DNA from: a virus
Lineage: Duplodnaviria > Caudoviricetes
IMG/VR virus record: IMGVR_UViG_3300043408_000040
Location: 1-62,243 of that record
DNA: 62,243 nt
Reading direction: 5' to 3' (one strand)
The position numbers and the translations under genes were made by a program. The number at the start of each line of letters is the position of its first letter. The stretch's first letter is position 1. A model generated the notes under the pieces. That model ran no database searches and was not told where the DNA came from. It saw only the letters and a program-made list of their open reading frames with translations. Shown here one piece after another: positions 33,693 to 43,958 of this stretch.

Positions 33693-33866
33693 ATGGACGC
33701 GAAAACTGCAGTGCGCAAGCACGAATCAAATATGCACCCCGGCGAAAAGCCCACAAAACTGGCCAAGGGTGGCAAGACCAATGCTCAAATGAAGCAGCTT
33801 GGTCGTGGTATGGCCAAAGTCGCCAACCAAAAGAAGTCTTCGTTCACCTACAAAAATGGTGCTTGA
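33693..33866 (+). CDS. 57-aa basic protein (not in ORF track)
   Basis: AAGGAG RBS; MDAKTAVRKHE...LAKGGKT. Confidence 0.65.
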   Translation: MDAKTAVRKHESNMHPGEKPTKLAKGGKTNAQMKQLGRGMAKVANQKKSSFTYKNGA

Positions 33867-33867
33867 T

Positions 33868-34140
33868 ATGGCAAAGTTCAGTCAAAAAATGGGCGGTAAA
33901 GAAGTTGGCCAAGCCAGCGTTTATGCCAAGCCCCACACAATGGACGGCAAGCCCGGAACAGGTGCTAAGGTCATGCAAGACCCCAATACCCTGGCTGCCA
34001 ACAAAATGACCCACTATACAGCCACTCCTCGCGTAAGCGTGGGTGACCCAGGCGCGGACAACGTCAAGACCTCGGGCATCAAAATCCGTGGCACTGGTGC
34101 AGCTCAGCGCGGCGTAATGGCTCGCGGCCCTATGGCCTGA
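33868..34140 (+). CDS. Small basic protein
   Basis: KTSGIKIRGTGAA.RG..ARGPMA. Confidence 0.7.
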   Translation: MAKFSQKMGGKEVGQASVYAKPHTMDGKPGTGAKVMQDPNTLAANKMTHYTATPRVSVGDPGADNVKTSGIKIRGTGAAQRGVMARGPMA

Positions 34141-34147
34141 TACGAAC

Positions 34148-34828
34148 ATGAACTACACCCAGTTGACCGCTGCAATCTGCGATTACACGCAGAACTTTGA
34201 CCAAGACTTCGTTGGCAACATCCCGGTGTTCGTCAAGCAGGCGGAGCAGCGCATCTACAACACGGTGCAGTTCCCTTCGTTGCGCAAAAACGTAACAGGC
34301 TCGACTACCGCAAACAACAAGTACCTGTCAGCGCCGAGCGACTTTCTGGCGGTGTACTCTCTGGCGGTCATTGACCCTGCGGGGGCGTATGAGTTCCTGT
34401 TGAACAAGGACGTCAACTTCATTCGGCAGGCGTACCCAACACCAACGAGCACAGGGCTGCCAAAGTATTACGCCTTGTTCGGCCCCTCGACGACAAACGA
34501 CGCTACGCCGATCATCACGAACGAGCTGTCTTTGCTTCTAGGCCCCACGCCTGCGGCCGTGTATGGGATTGAGCTGCACTACTACTACAACCCCGAGTCG
34601 ATCACGACCGCTGCTTCTGGCCAGACATGGCTGGGCGACAACTTCGACTCCGTGCTGCTGTACGGCGCTTTGGTTGAGGCAAACACATTCATGAAAGGCG
34701 AAGCCGACATGACTGCGATGTACAACACCAAGTACACCGAGGCATTGGCATTGGCCAAACGACTGGGCGACGGCATGGAGCGCGGAGACGCGTACCGCGA
34801 CGGGCAGTACAAACAACGGGTGACTTGA
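34148..34828 (+). CDS. Podovirus adaptor / tail tubular A-like protein
   Basis: MNYTQL...FVKQAEQRI...GLPKYYA...LLYGALVEA. Confidence 0.7.
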   Translation: MNYTQLTAAICDYTQNFDQDFVGNIPVFVKQAEQRIYNTVQFPSLRKNVTGSTTANNKYLSAPSDFLAVYSLAVIDPAGAYEFLLNKDVNFIRQAYPTPTSTGLPKYYALFGPSTTNDATPIITNELSLLLGPTPAAVYGIELHYYYNPESITTAASGQTWLGDNFDSVLLYGALVEANTFMKGEADMTAMYNTKYTEALALAKRLGDGMERGDAYRDGQYKQRVT

Positions 34829-34829
34829 C

Positions 34830-35246
34830 ATGGCGTTTGACCAAACACTCACCACGAGTTTCAAGCAGGACATCCTGCTGGGCGTGCACGACCTTGAGAC
34901 TGACACCATTAAGATGGCGCTGTTCTTGGCCACGGCCGACTTAGGGGCAGCCACCACGACGTACTCCACAACCGGCGAAACATCGGGCACGGGGTACACC
35001 GCCGGAGGCAAGACGCTGACAGGTGTGACGGTGCTGACTTCTGGCACTACAGCGTACGTAGACTTCGCCGATCCCTCGTGGGACCCCGCAGTTTTCACAG
35101 CACGCGGCGCCCTCATTTACAATGCCAGCAAGAGCAACAAAGCGATTGCGGTGCTGGACTTTGGTGCGGACAAAACGTCCACCACAACATTCACGGTGCA
35201 GATGCCTGCCAACACAGCGACAAGTGCGCTGATCCGTATTTCCTAA
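34830..35246 (+). CDS. Tail structural protein
   Basis: SFKQDILLG.HD...GYTAGG...ARGALIYN...VLDFGADK. Confidence 0.7.
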   Translation: MAFDQTLTTSFKQDILLGVHDLETDTIKMALFLATADLGAATTTYSTTGETSGTGYTAGGKTLTGVTVLTSGTTAYVDFADPSWDPAVFTARGALIYNASKSNKAIAVLDFGADKTSTTTFTVQMPANTATSALIRIS

Positions 35247-35257
35247 AGGGGTTTGAC

Positions 35258-35833
35258 ATGTTCAACGAAAAAGCTGAAACCGGGGACGTGATGTCTGCAG
35301 GGTTTGTTGCAAAAACTGGTTTTGGCGAAAACGCCAAGGGTGGTGGCGTTTACCACGTTGAGTGTCTGGACAAAGACGGCAACGTGAAGTGGTCCGGCAC
35401 GATGCACAACCTCGTAGTTGACACCGGGCTGCAAGACATGAACGCGAAGTATTTCAAAGGCTCGACGTACACCGCTGCGTTTTACATTGGGTTGGTCATG
35501 GGTCCGGCTTCTGCCACTACGTATGCTGCGGCGGATACGCTGGCGTCCCATGCGGGGTGGACTGAAATGACAGCGTACTCAGGCTCTCGCAAAGCTGTGA
35601 CTTTTGGCACGGCTACGACGGCAACACCGTCGGTAATCAACAGCACCGCCTCCCCTTCGTCATTTGCCATCACCGGCAGTGCAGTGGTTGCGGGCGCGTT
35701 CATTTGTACTGTTGCCAGCGGCACCTCGGGCACACTGTTTTCAGCGGCCGATTTCGATGCTCCCGGCGACCGCACCGTAGTCAACGGCGACACCTTGAAC
35801 GTGTCTTACACATTCAGCCTTGCCGCCGCATAA
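35258..35833 (+). CDS. Tail structural protein
   Basis: HNLVVDTG...GTLFSAADF...GDTLNVSYTF. Confidence 0.7.
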   Translation: MFNEKAETGDVMSAGFVAKTGFGENAKGGGVYHVECLDKDGNVKWSGTMHNLVVDTGLQDMNAKYFKGSTYTAAFYIGLVMGPASATTYAAADTLASHAGWTEMTAYSGSRKAVTFGTATTATPSVINSTASPSSFAITGSAVVAGAFICTVASGTSGTLFSAADFDAPGDRTVVNGDTLNVSYTFSLAAA

Positions 35834-35845
35834 AGGGCACCCCCA

Positions 35846-36463
35846 ATGCTAGGGTTCGCGCCACTTGCTGCGGCCCCGTTGGGGGCTCTTGGCTCCGGAG
35901 GAGTTTCGTACGATGCTGCGTTTTCCGGCGCAGCGGCGGTCTCTGATTCGGCACTACAAGCGTTCGCCACGTTTGTTGGTCAAGTTGCTGCAGGTGCGTC
36001 CGCAGCAGGCACAGCGCGCGTCACGGGCTCCACTTTTAACGCCAACATGTCTAGCGCGGCAACAGGTTCTGTAGCGGCAACTGCGGTGGCGACGTTTTTG
36101 GCAAACATTTCTAGCGCGGGCGTAGGCGCTTCCTCGACCGCAGCCGTGGCATCGTTTCTTGCCAGCGTATCCAATACGGCAGTGGGCGGGGATGCTGCGC
36201 GAGTCGCTGCTTCAGTGTTTGGGGCGGCGGTGTCGGATGCGGCAACAGGCCACGATACGGCCCGCGCGCTGGCGGTGATGCTTGCTTCGGTTGCGGACTC
36301 GGCCGCGATCACGGATTCAGATGTGGCAGACTTCTTGTGGAAGCTCATCAACGATTCTCAAGCGGCTTCTTGGGGCGCAGTTGGAACGCACCAAACCCCG
36401 GGTTGGGGCACAATCGGTACCGGTCAAACGCCCGCTTGGGCGCCGGTTAAAACACAGTCATAA
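35846..36463 (+). CDS. Ala/Ser-rich tail-associated protein
   Basis: MLGFAPLAAAP N-terminus; C-terminal W-x9 repeats. Confidence 0.65.
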   Translation: MLGFAPLAAAPLGALGSGGVSYDAAFSGAAAVSDSALQAFATFVGQVAAGASAAGTARVTGSTFNANMSSAATGSVAATAVATFLANISSAGVGASSTAAVASFLASVSNTAVGGDAARVAASVFGAAVSDAATGHDTARALAVMLASVADSAAITDSDVADFLWKLINDSQAASWGAVGTHQTPGWGTIGTGQTPAWAPVKTQS

Positions 36464-36472
36464 GAGGCACAA

Positions 36473-39400
36473 ATGGCCATTGTATTAAAAGACCGGGTGA
36501 AAGTTTCCTCCAGCGTCACCGGGACCGGCAGCGCTGTTCTGGGAAGCGCTGCCGCTGGATACCAAGACTTCAGTGCGATTGGGAGCGGGAACAGCACCTA
36601 CTACGCCATCACGCAGCAGTCAGGCACCGAGTGGGAGATTGGGAAGGGCGTCGCAACCAACAGTGCAGGAACATGGACCCTGACTCGTGACGTGGTGTTC
36701 AGCTCCAGCAACGCAGGGGCTCTGACTAACTTTACTGGGGGCACCAAAGACGTCTTTGTCACGTACCCCGCAGAGAAAGCAATCTACGAAGAGCTGGCAG
36801 GTAATGTACTGGTCGATGGTGGCCCGATTACAGTGATCGGAAACAATGTCACTGCGTACACCACGTTCTCTGCCGCTCTGGGGGAGTTGTACGCCAACAT
36901 CAACAGCTTTGCCCAGCTGTACGCGCAGAACTACAGCAGTGGCAATGAGGCCTCCGCAGACTTTGTAGCGTACCGCAACGATGCCACAAATGACACAGCC
37001 AAGTTTGTGGACATGGGCATCAACAGCTCAAACTACACGTCTACGGCGTACCCCGTGTTTACTCCGGGATCGGCGTATGTGTTTAACGACGGCGGGGAGA
37101 TGTTCTTTGGCAGCGCCACCGACGATGTGGTCCTCTTTGCAGGCGGCGCAGGCACAGCGAATCGGGCCATCCGCATCAAAGGTACCACTCAGAGTGTAGA
37201 GCTGGCCAATGGGCTGTCCGTCGCGGGTGCCGCAGGAGTGACCGGCCCCGCTACATTCGGGTCTACAGTTCTGCTGGCGGCGGACCCGACCTTGGCACTT
37301 CAAGCGGCAACAAAAGCGTATGTTGACCAAGCGGTCTCGACGGGGTTGCACGTGCACCAGCCCGTAAGGGTTAACTCGACGGCGAACCTGACTGCCACCT
37401 ACAACAACGGGGCTGCCGGGGTTGGCGCCACGCTGACTAATCTAGGCGCGCTCGCTGCGCTGAGCATCGACGGGGTAGCGGTTGCGGTGAACGACCGGGT
37501 TCTGGTGTTCCAGCAGACCGCAGCAGCCCAGAACGGGGTGTATGTTGTCACTGCTGTCGGCTCCGGCGCGGTAGCTTGGGTGCTGACGCGGTCGAGCGAC
37601 ACCAATTCATATATCCCTGAAAGCGACACAGGCCTTGGTGGTGGGGACTATTTTTATGTGCAAGAAGGCTTGACGGGCGCGGGTGACTCCTATATCTGCA
37701 CAAACAGCGGCACGATCACTTTCGGCACGACTGCCATTACGTTCACACAGTTCAGTGGCGCAATCACATACACCGGGACTGCGCCAATCAGCGTTACTGG
37801 GCAGACGATCGCACTAACAGGCACAGTCGGCGCTGTTAGTGGCGGCACAGGTCAAACTGCTGTGTCTACGGGGGACTTGCTGTACGGCACGGGGGCCAAT
37901 ACGTGGGGGCGCCTTGCTGCTGGCGCAGGATACAAATCGCTCATGATGAATGCGGGGGGCACCCAAGTCGAGTGGAACGCGGTACCCCTTAACCAGTCAA
38001 GCGCGGTCTCAGGGGCACTCCCCACAGCAAATGGTGGGACAGGCCTGACTACCTACACGTTGGGCGATCTGTTGTACTCGTCTGCAACCAACACCTTGGC
38101 CAAGCTGGCGGGCAGTGTTTCCACAACCAAGACATTCCTGACTCAGACCGGCACAGGGGCAGCTTCTGCGGCGCCGGCATGGGGCTCTATTGCAGCCGCA
38201 GATGTTTCGGGGCTGGCGCCTTCGGCAACAACGGATACTACCAATGCAGCAAACATCACGTCGGGCACGCTCGCGGTTGCACGACTTAGCGGCGCATATA
38301 CTGGCATCACTGGAGTTGGTACTCTCACTGCTGGTACTTGGAACGGCGGCACTGTTGCTGCTGGCTACGGTGGCACTGGGTTTGCTACTTATGCTGTTGG
38401 GGACCTGTTATACGCAGGCACAACAACGTCTTTGGCCAAGCTCGCGGGTGTAGCTTCTGGCAACGCCCTTTTGTCTGGCGGCGTGGGCACTGCTCCGGCG
38501 TGGGGCAAGATAGGCCTTCAGACACACGTCAGCGGCACTCTGGCGATTGCCAACGGAGGTACAGGCGCAACTGATGCGGCAACTGCGCGGGCAAACTTAG
38601 GCGCAGGCACCGGTAACGGCTCCGTAACATCCGTGGCTGCTGGCGCATATCTGACTGGCGGGACGATCACAACGGCCGGCACTCTGGCCGTCGATGCAGA
38701 TACAGCGAACACGGCTTCTAAAGTCGTGGCGCGAGACGCCTCCGGGAACTTCAGTGCGGGCACGATTACGGCCAACCTGACGGGCACAGCCTCGAACGCC
38801 ACTACCGCAGTAAACGTCTCCGGAACAGTGGCCATTGCCAACGGCGGCACGGGGGCGGCCACAGCTACGGCAGCCCGAACAAATCTGGGGGCTACAACCC
38901 TCGGCTCCAGCTTGTTTACGCTCACCAACGTAGCGGCAATCTCGTTCCCAAGGTTCAACGCAGACAACACCGTTTCTTCTTTGGATGCTGCAACATTCCG
39001 AACAGCAATCGGGGCGGGGACATCAAGCACGACAGGCACAGTGACCAGCATCGTGGCTGGTACAGGCCTTTCTGGCGGCACGATAACCACCACTGGCACC
39101 ATTGCGTTGGCCAACACCGCCGTAACAGCAGGCAGCTACACAACCGCCAACATAACCGTAGACGCACAAGGTCGCATTACAGCGGCGTCCAACGGGTCTG
39201 GTGGGGGCGGCGTTACCTCCATCACAGGCACGGCCAGCCAAGTTGTCGCATCTGCCTCGACAGGGGCGGTCACACTGTCGCTTCCGCAAAGTATCGCCAC
39301 AACGTCTAGCGTGCAGTTTGGCTCGTTTGGTGTGGGCACCGCCGCTTCTGGAACCGCAGGTGAGATTCGCGCCACCAACAACATCACGGCGTACTACTCT

Positions 39401-39736
39401 TCGGACATCAAATTCAAGGAGAACGTCACTGAAATCACCAATGCCAGCAGCATTGTTCGTGGGATCGGCGGCAAGTTTTTTGATTGGACCGATGCGTACA
39501 TCGCGGACCATGGCGGGGCGGACGGGTACTTCATCCAGAAGCAGGACTTCGGGGTGATTGCGCAGGATGTTCTGCGGGTATTCCCCCGGGCGGTTCGCAC
39601 TCGCCCTGACGGGTCTCTTGCCGTGGATTACGAGAAACTTGGCGTTCTGGCCTTCCCTGCGCTGGTTGAGACCATGGACAGACTGGACGCGCTTGAGGCC
39701 CTCGTGGCACAATTGACTAAAGGCAGCACAACATGA
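36473..39736 (+). CDS. Long tail fibre with C-terminal S74-type intramolecular chaperone
   Basis: DRVK N-terminus, GGTG repeats, YSSDIKFKEN...GVIAQD...VDYEKL. Confidence 0.88.
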   Translation: MAIVLKDRVKVSSSVTGTGSAVLGSAAAGYQDFSAIGSGNSTYYAITQQSGTEWEIGKGVATNSAGTWTLTRDVVFSSSNAGALTNFTGGTKDVFVTYPAEKAIYEELAGNVLVDGGPITVIGNNVTAYTTFSAALGELYANINSFAQLYAQNYSSGNEASADFVAYRNDATNDTAKFVDMGINSSNYTSTAYPVFTPGSAYVFNDGGEMFFGSATDDVVLFAGGAGTANRAIRIKGTTQSVELANGLSVAGAAGVTGPATFGSTVLLAADPTLALQAATKAYVDQAVSTGLHVHQPVRVNSTANLTATYNNGAAGVGATLTNLGALAALSIDGVAVAVNDRVLVFQQTAAAQNGVYVVTAVGSGAVAWVLTRSSDTNSYIPESDTGLGGGDYFYVQEGLTGAGDSYICTNSGTITFGTTAITFTQFSGAITYTGTAPISVTGQTIALTGTVGAVSGGTGQTAVSTGDLLYGTGANTWGRLAAGAGYKSLMMNAGGTQVEWNAVPLNQSSAVSGALPTANGGTGLTTYTLGDLLYSSATNTLAKLAGSVSTTKTFLTQTGTGAASAAPAWGSIAAADVSGLAPSATTDTTNAANITSGTLAVARLSGAYTGITGVGTLTAGTWNGGTVAAGYGGTGFATYAVGDLLYAGTTTSLAKLAGVASGNALLSGGVGTAPAWGKIGLQTHVSGTLAIANGGTGATDAATARANLGAGTGNGSVTSVAAGAYLTGGTITTAGTLAVDADTANTASKVVARDASGNFSAGTITANLTGTASNATTAVNVSGTVAIANGGTGAATATAARTNLGATTLGSSLFTLTNVAAISFPRFNADNTVSSLDAATFRTAIGAGTSSTTGTVTSIVAGTGLSGGTITTTGTIALANTAVTAGSYTTANITVDAQGRITAASNGSGGGGVTSITGTASQVVASASTGAVTLSLPQSIATTSSVQFGSFGVGTAASGTAGEIRATNNITAYYSSDIKFKENVTEITNASSIVRGIGGKFFDWTDAYIADHGGADGYFIQKQDFGVIAQDVLRVFPRAVRTRPDGSLAVDYEKLGVLAFPALVETMDRLDALEALVAQLTKGSTT

Positions 39737-40311
39737 GCACGTACTCCCCCTCTTTGCGAATCGAACTCATCACCACCGGCGATCAAGCCGGGGTGTGGGG
39801 TAATACGACAAACACGAACCTTGGAACGCTCATTGAGTCCGCCATTGCTGGGTACACTTCGGTATCCATCACGTCCGCCAATCAGGCGCTAACCGCACTG
39901 AACGGGGCGGCCGACCAATCGCGCAACATGGTCATTGCGCTGACCACGACAACCGGCGCAGCGTTCAACGTGTACGCACCCCCGGCGGAGAAAACGTACG
40001 TCATCAAGAACGCCAGCGCGTACCCAGCCACGCTGTACAACTCCACGGTACTCGGCAACACAACGGCCGCAGGAGCAGGTGTGGTTATTCCTGCAGGCCA
40101 GACAGCCTCAGTGTGGTCTGACGGCACAAACTGCGCATTTCAGAATACGTATATTGAAGGAACCACGGGCAGCCTCACAACGGCGAACTGGTCTGTGTTG
40201 CAGATTGGCGATGCTCTGTACTTCCGCCACAACGGGATCAACAAAATGAAACTGGACCCAGACGGCAACGCCACTGTCGCCGGGGACGTCACCGCCTTCG
40301 GCACACTGTAA
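39733..40311 (+). CDS. Tail fibre-associated protein
   Basis: STYSPSLRIELITTGDQAGVWGNTTNTNL. Confidence 0.7.
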   Translation: MSTYSPSLRIELITTGDQAGVWGNTTNTNLGTLIESAIAGYTSVSITSANQALTALNGAADQSRNMVIALTTTTGAAFNVYAPPAEKTYVIKNASAYPATLYNSTVLGNTTAAGAGVVIPAGQTASVWSDGTNCAFQNTYIEGTTGSLTTANWSVLQIGDALYFRHNGINKMKLDPDGNATVAGDVTAFGTL

Positions 40312-40320
40312 GGGTTTTGT

Positions 40321-41757
40321 ATGGCAATACCTGCAACAAACATCACAAGCAGTACAGTTAACACCAACTTGGGCAATACCGCCACAGCAGAACTTTCGTT
40401 GGATAACGCCCGTGTTCGATCGCTTGGCAGCAATAGCGGCGCATCAGGGACAGCCTTCAGCGTCTCGTCTTTGGGCTCCAAAAGCGGGACGTTTATCATG
40501 CTGACCAACACTACCGCAAACTTTACGACAGACTCTAGTTCTAGCGGCTACGCCTTTAGTACGCAGCCGCAGATGGCAGACGCTTTTTACTCGACGAGCA
40601 TAGAAACCAGCAGCCTTGATCTTGCGCTGACGAAATACTATTTGAACTCCGGCATCCGCTTGCGCGCAGCCTTTAAGGCGCCGGGGAGTGTTGCTTTATA
40701 CGGCAACGGCGTTGCTACCTCACCCTCCACAACGTCCAACCTGTTTGTCGGTACTCAATACTATCTTGCCGGTGTTCAGCGCGCCGGAATTTTAAAGCTA
40801 AACACCGCGCTGCAAGTAGTGGCGCAGTGCTATATACCCAACTACACATCAGCGGGTGGTGTTGTGGTGGATGCTTCTGAGAACATATATTTTTCGGGTG
40901 GTACCACAATAGGCGGCAGCACTTCGCAGTACGTGCTTGTCGCGCTGAACCCGACTATGACTACAATGCGGTGGAATAAAACCAGAACAGATAGCCCAAT
41001 TACTCCGCAGTGTACGGATACGCTGGGTAATCTGTACGCAATAATTGGCGACACTAGCCTCATCCAGCGGATTGTTAAGTTCAATTCTTCTGGTACGCAA
41101 CTATTTCAAACAACAACCCGCCCTAGTGTTGCGGGGTTTGTCGCATCCGTGAACTGTAACGGTAGCGGGACGTTTGCGGCGTTGTCTTGGTCAGGCTCCG
41201 GGGTGTGTCTTGCGTTTTACAGCTCCGCAGGGGCCTTTCAATGGGCAAGGCAGTTAGGTGGCATAACAGATTCCTCAAGCAAGGTGTTTGTGACATCTGC
41301 CGGGGATGTGTACTGTGTGTGCGCGGCGTCGGACATATCCCTGTACATTTTTAGATTTAACTCCAGCGGGACACTCGTTTGGCAGCGAAGGCTCACGGCA
41401 TCCGTTACTTCTGGTGCGATCACCCCAAATCTTTTTTTTCCGCAAGGAGCCATAAGCGTTGTTGGCGCCGCTGATGGCGTGCTGACAGTGGCTTTTACTC
41501 TTGGTTACGACGACGGGTACAGCTACCGAGCCGAGGGGGGGTTGTTGTCGGTCCAGACAGACGGCTCTGGTGCGGGCACCTACGCAACAGGGGGTGTAAC
41601 ATTTACGTACGCGGCTAGTTCTTTAGCAATTGCTATACTAACATCCGTTACCAACACAACTGTTGCGCTAAACAGCGATACTATTTACATCCCGCAACCA
41701 GTTTCGCCAGTTTCTGCCACGCCCGCCGCCCTCACAACATCGACGGTAAATATATGA
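40321..41757 (+). CDS. Putative receptor-binding protein (beta-propeller-like)
   Basis: Repeated KFNSSGT.(L/V)WQR blades; T4 gp38-like N-terminus. Confidence 0.6.
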   Translation: MAIPATNITSSTVNTNLGNTATAELSLDNARVRSLGSNSGASGTAFSVSSLGSKSGTFIMLTNTTANFTTDSSSSGYAFSTQPQMADAFYSTSIETSSLDLALTKYYLNSGIRLRAAFKAPGSVALYGNGVATSPSTTSNLFVGTQYYLAGVQRAGILKLNTALQVVAQCYIPNYTSAGGVVVDASENIYFSGGTTIGGSTSQYVLVALNPTMTTMRWNKTRTDSPITPQCTDTLGNLYAIIGDTSLIQRIVKFNSSGTQLFQTTTRPSVAGFVASVNCNGSGTFAALSWSGSGVCLAFYSSAGAFQWARQLGGITDSSSKVFVTSAGDVYCVCAASDISLYIFRFNSSGTLVWQRRLTASVTSGAITPNLFFPQGAISVVGAADGVLTVAFTLGYDDGYSYRAEGGLLSVQTDGSGAGTYATGGVTFTYAASSLAIAILTSVTNTTVALNSDTIYIPQPVSPVSATPAALTTSTVNI

Positions 41758-42119
41758 GCATTTACGCATACAGAAAAAAGGCCACCGGTGAGTATCCGAG
41801 GTTTGAGGGGGATGTGCGGCTGGAGCACCCTGAGATCGGTGGTGTTTTTGTGTGCCCGGACACGTACGAGCCCGTTTATGCGGGCGTGTTTCCGGAGCTT
41901 TTTGCAGACATCGTTGCGGTTGAGTTACCGCCAGCGGAAGTGGGCGGGGTTTGGGTTCAGCAGTTCGCAGTTACACCAGCCCCCGCCTTAAGGCCTGCGT
42001 TTTCACCGGGCGGTTTTCCGCAACGCCCGAAACTGCGGCGCCCTACTGGCGCCAGTGCCATATTCCCAACCGAGGCCACAGGCCGTATTGAAGTCACGCG
42101 GCTTGGGCCAAACACTTAA
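41754..42119 (+). CDS. Tail fibre assembly-like protein
   Basis: EYPRFEGDVRLEHP...ELPP...GVWVQQF. Confidence 0.55.
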   Translation: MSIYAYRKKATGEYPRFEGDVRLEHPEIGGVFVCPDTYEPVYAGVFPELFADIVAVELPPAEVGGVWVQQFAVTPAPALRPAFSPGGFPQRPKLRRPTGASAIFPTEATGRIEVTRLGPNT

Positions 42120-42128
42120 AGGATTGCC

Positions 42129-42488
42129 ATGACAGCACCAACAGTAAACATCGGAACCGTCGCCAACGTATTTGTGCGGCAGATGGTTTTTGCGGCAGCA
42201 GGAGATCAAGAACTGGGGCATGCGCACCCATTCGACCATATGACGTTGCTTGCAAAAGGCAGTATGTCGGTGACGATCGGTGACAAAGAGACTGTGTTTA
42301 CCGCCCCCAGTATGGTCTATATTGAGGCGAATACACAGCACACGCTGACGGCCACTTCCGAACAAACCGTGGCCTACTGCGTTCACGCACTCCGTGAGCC
42401 AGCAGGGGATATTATTGCGCCCGACATGATTCCTCAAGGGGCTGCGCTTTTTGATGTTTTGGTGGCGAGCACATCCAAGAATGCGTAA
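42129..42488 (+). CDS. Cupin-domain protein
   Basis: GHAHPFDHMTLLAKGS...IEANTQH. Confidence 0.8.
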   Translation: MTAPTVNIGTVANVFVRQMVFAAAGDQELGHAHPFDHMTLLAKGSMSVTIGDKETVFTAPSMVYIEANTQHTLTATSEQTVAYCVHALREPAGDIIAPDMIPQGAALFDVLVASTSKNA

Positions 42489-43017
42489 TATCCTGCCCGA
42501 GGACGTGCCTGAGTTTTCTGACTTGGTGCATTTTACTGAGTGGTATCTGGCTGCGGGCATGCCAATTCTTTTACCGGAAACAACAGAGGTATTCCTGTCA
42601 GACGACGCTACGGCAACTTGTCTGTTTCGATACGGGCGGTATCAGTTTGAGATGTACTTCATCCACCCGGACCCAATTATTCCCGTGCACGCACATCCGG
42701 GGGTGGAGAACATTGAAATTCCAATCTCTGGTTGGGGGTTATTGACGCACAGCGTGCTGCAGTCCCGCGTTCAGCGGGAAGGGCAAACCCACGGTAAAGG
42801 TATTCGAGAGCGAGCGGACACCGCAGGGTTTGCGCTTTTTTCGGCACAAAAGTGGGATGATGGTGTTGAGATGTCAACCATAGGCGCACGGTGGAAAGGC
42901 TTCACGGCGGGTCCAAAACATGATGCGCTGATTCGCCGGTTTAACCCTGATTGTTTCGCGTATGCTGGATATGCCGACGTGACGCTCAAAAAGCCTTTGG
43001 CCGACGCAGTCATGTAA
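42481..43017 (+). CDS. Cupin-like protein (paralog of next gene)
   Basis: LFRYGRYQFEMY...HAHPGVENI...THG. Confidence 0.7.
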   Translation: MRNILPEDVPEFSDLVHFTEWYLAAGMPILLPETTEVFLSDDATATCLFRYGRYQFEMYFIHPDPIIPVHAHPGVENIEIPISGWGLLTHSVLQSRVQREGQTHGKGIRERADTAGFALFSAQKWDDGVEMSTIGARWKGFTAGPKHDALIRRFNPDCFAYAGYADVTLKKPLADAVM

Positions 43018-43023
43018 GGATGC

Positions 43024-43539
43024 GTGATGCAGTTTGTTTTTCCAAACATCTCCGGGACGCTTGAAGAGTTTGCGGCTTGGTACAAAGCGAACGAGTACCC
43101 TGTGCGCCCTCCATTTGAGGATTGTGTGTACGTCACGGATAACAGCTACAGCTACGTGCTTTTTCGCCAAGGGTGTTTTCAGGCGGAAGTCTATTTGGTA
43201 AAGCCGGACTCAGGCTCCCCGGACCACAGCCATCCCGGAGTTGAGAACATAATCTTGTTGTGGGGCGGCGACGCGTACCCGAGTTTTGACGGCGTTCGTT
43301 CCCCAGTCGTGCGGTCAATCGCACGCGCAGACGGAACAAGCTCCTGCTTTGGCGTTATAGGCCCTAAAATAACCGACGCGCACACGCACGCCCTGCACAC
43401 CGGACCAAAAGGGGCGGCGTTCTTGAGTCTTGAAAAGTGGCCAGAGGACGTTAAGCCGACCAGCGTTATTGTGAACTGGAAGGGTGCAGCCATTGGCGAC
43501 GAACACGCAACACAAATTCAACCGCTGAACGGCGGGTAA
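43024..43539 (+). CDS. Cupin-like protein
   Basis: LFRQGCFQAEVY...HSHPGVENI...THAL. Confidence 0.7.
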   Translation: MMQFVFPNISGTLEEFAAWYKANEYPVRPPFEDCVYVTDNSYSYVLFRQGCFQAEVYLVKPDSGSPDHSHPGVENIILLWGGDAYPSFDGVRSPVVRSIARADGTSSCFGVIGPKITDAHTHALHTGPKGAAFLSLEKWPEDVKPTSVIVNWKGAAIGDEHATQIQPLNGG

Positions 43540-43547
43540 GGACCTAC

Positions 43548-43958
43548 ATGTTTCCATTGACTGCACTTTTAGACGTGGGTGGCAAACTCATCGACAAGCT
43601 GATCCCGGACCCCGAAGCCAAAGCTCGCGCGCAACTGGAGCTGGCCAAGATGGCGCAGGACGGCGAGTTGGCAAAAATGGCCAACGACACCAAGCTGTTT
43701 GAGGTTGAGCAGACCAATACCACGGAGCGGTGGAAAGCAGACATGAGTTCCGACTCTTGGCTGTCAAAAAACATCCGCCCCATGGCGCTGATCGCCATTT
43801 TCGTGGCGTACTTTGTGTTCACCATGATGAGCGCATTCGGATACAACGCGCAGTCCGCCTACGTGCAACTCCTCGGCCAGTGGGGGCAGATCGTGTTCAT
43901 CGCTTACTTTGGCGGTCGCACTATTGAAAAGCTCGCGGACATGAAGGCCAAGAAATGA
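43548..43958 (+). CDS. Holin (3TM, GTA-type)
   Basis: KLIDKLIPDP...SWLSKNIRP...YFGGRTIEK. Confidence 0.8.
   Translation: MFPLTALLDVGGKLIDKLIPDPEAKARAQLELAKMAQDGELAKMANDTKLFEVEQTNTTERWKADMSSDSWLSKNIRPMALIAIFVAYFVFTMMSAFGYNAQSAYVQLLGQWGQIVFIAYFGGRTIEKLADMKAKK

Noticed and set aside
36473-41757. Diversity-generating retroelement or invertible tail-fibre switch
   Set aside because: No reverse transcriptase, no TR/VR pair and no invertase seen.
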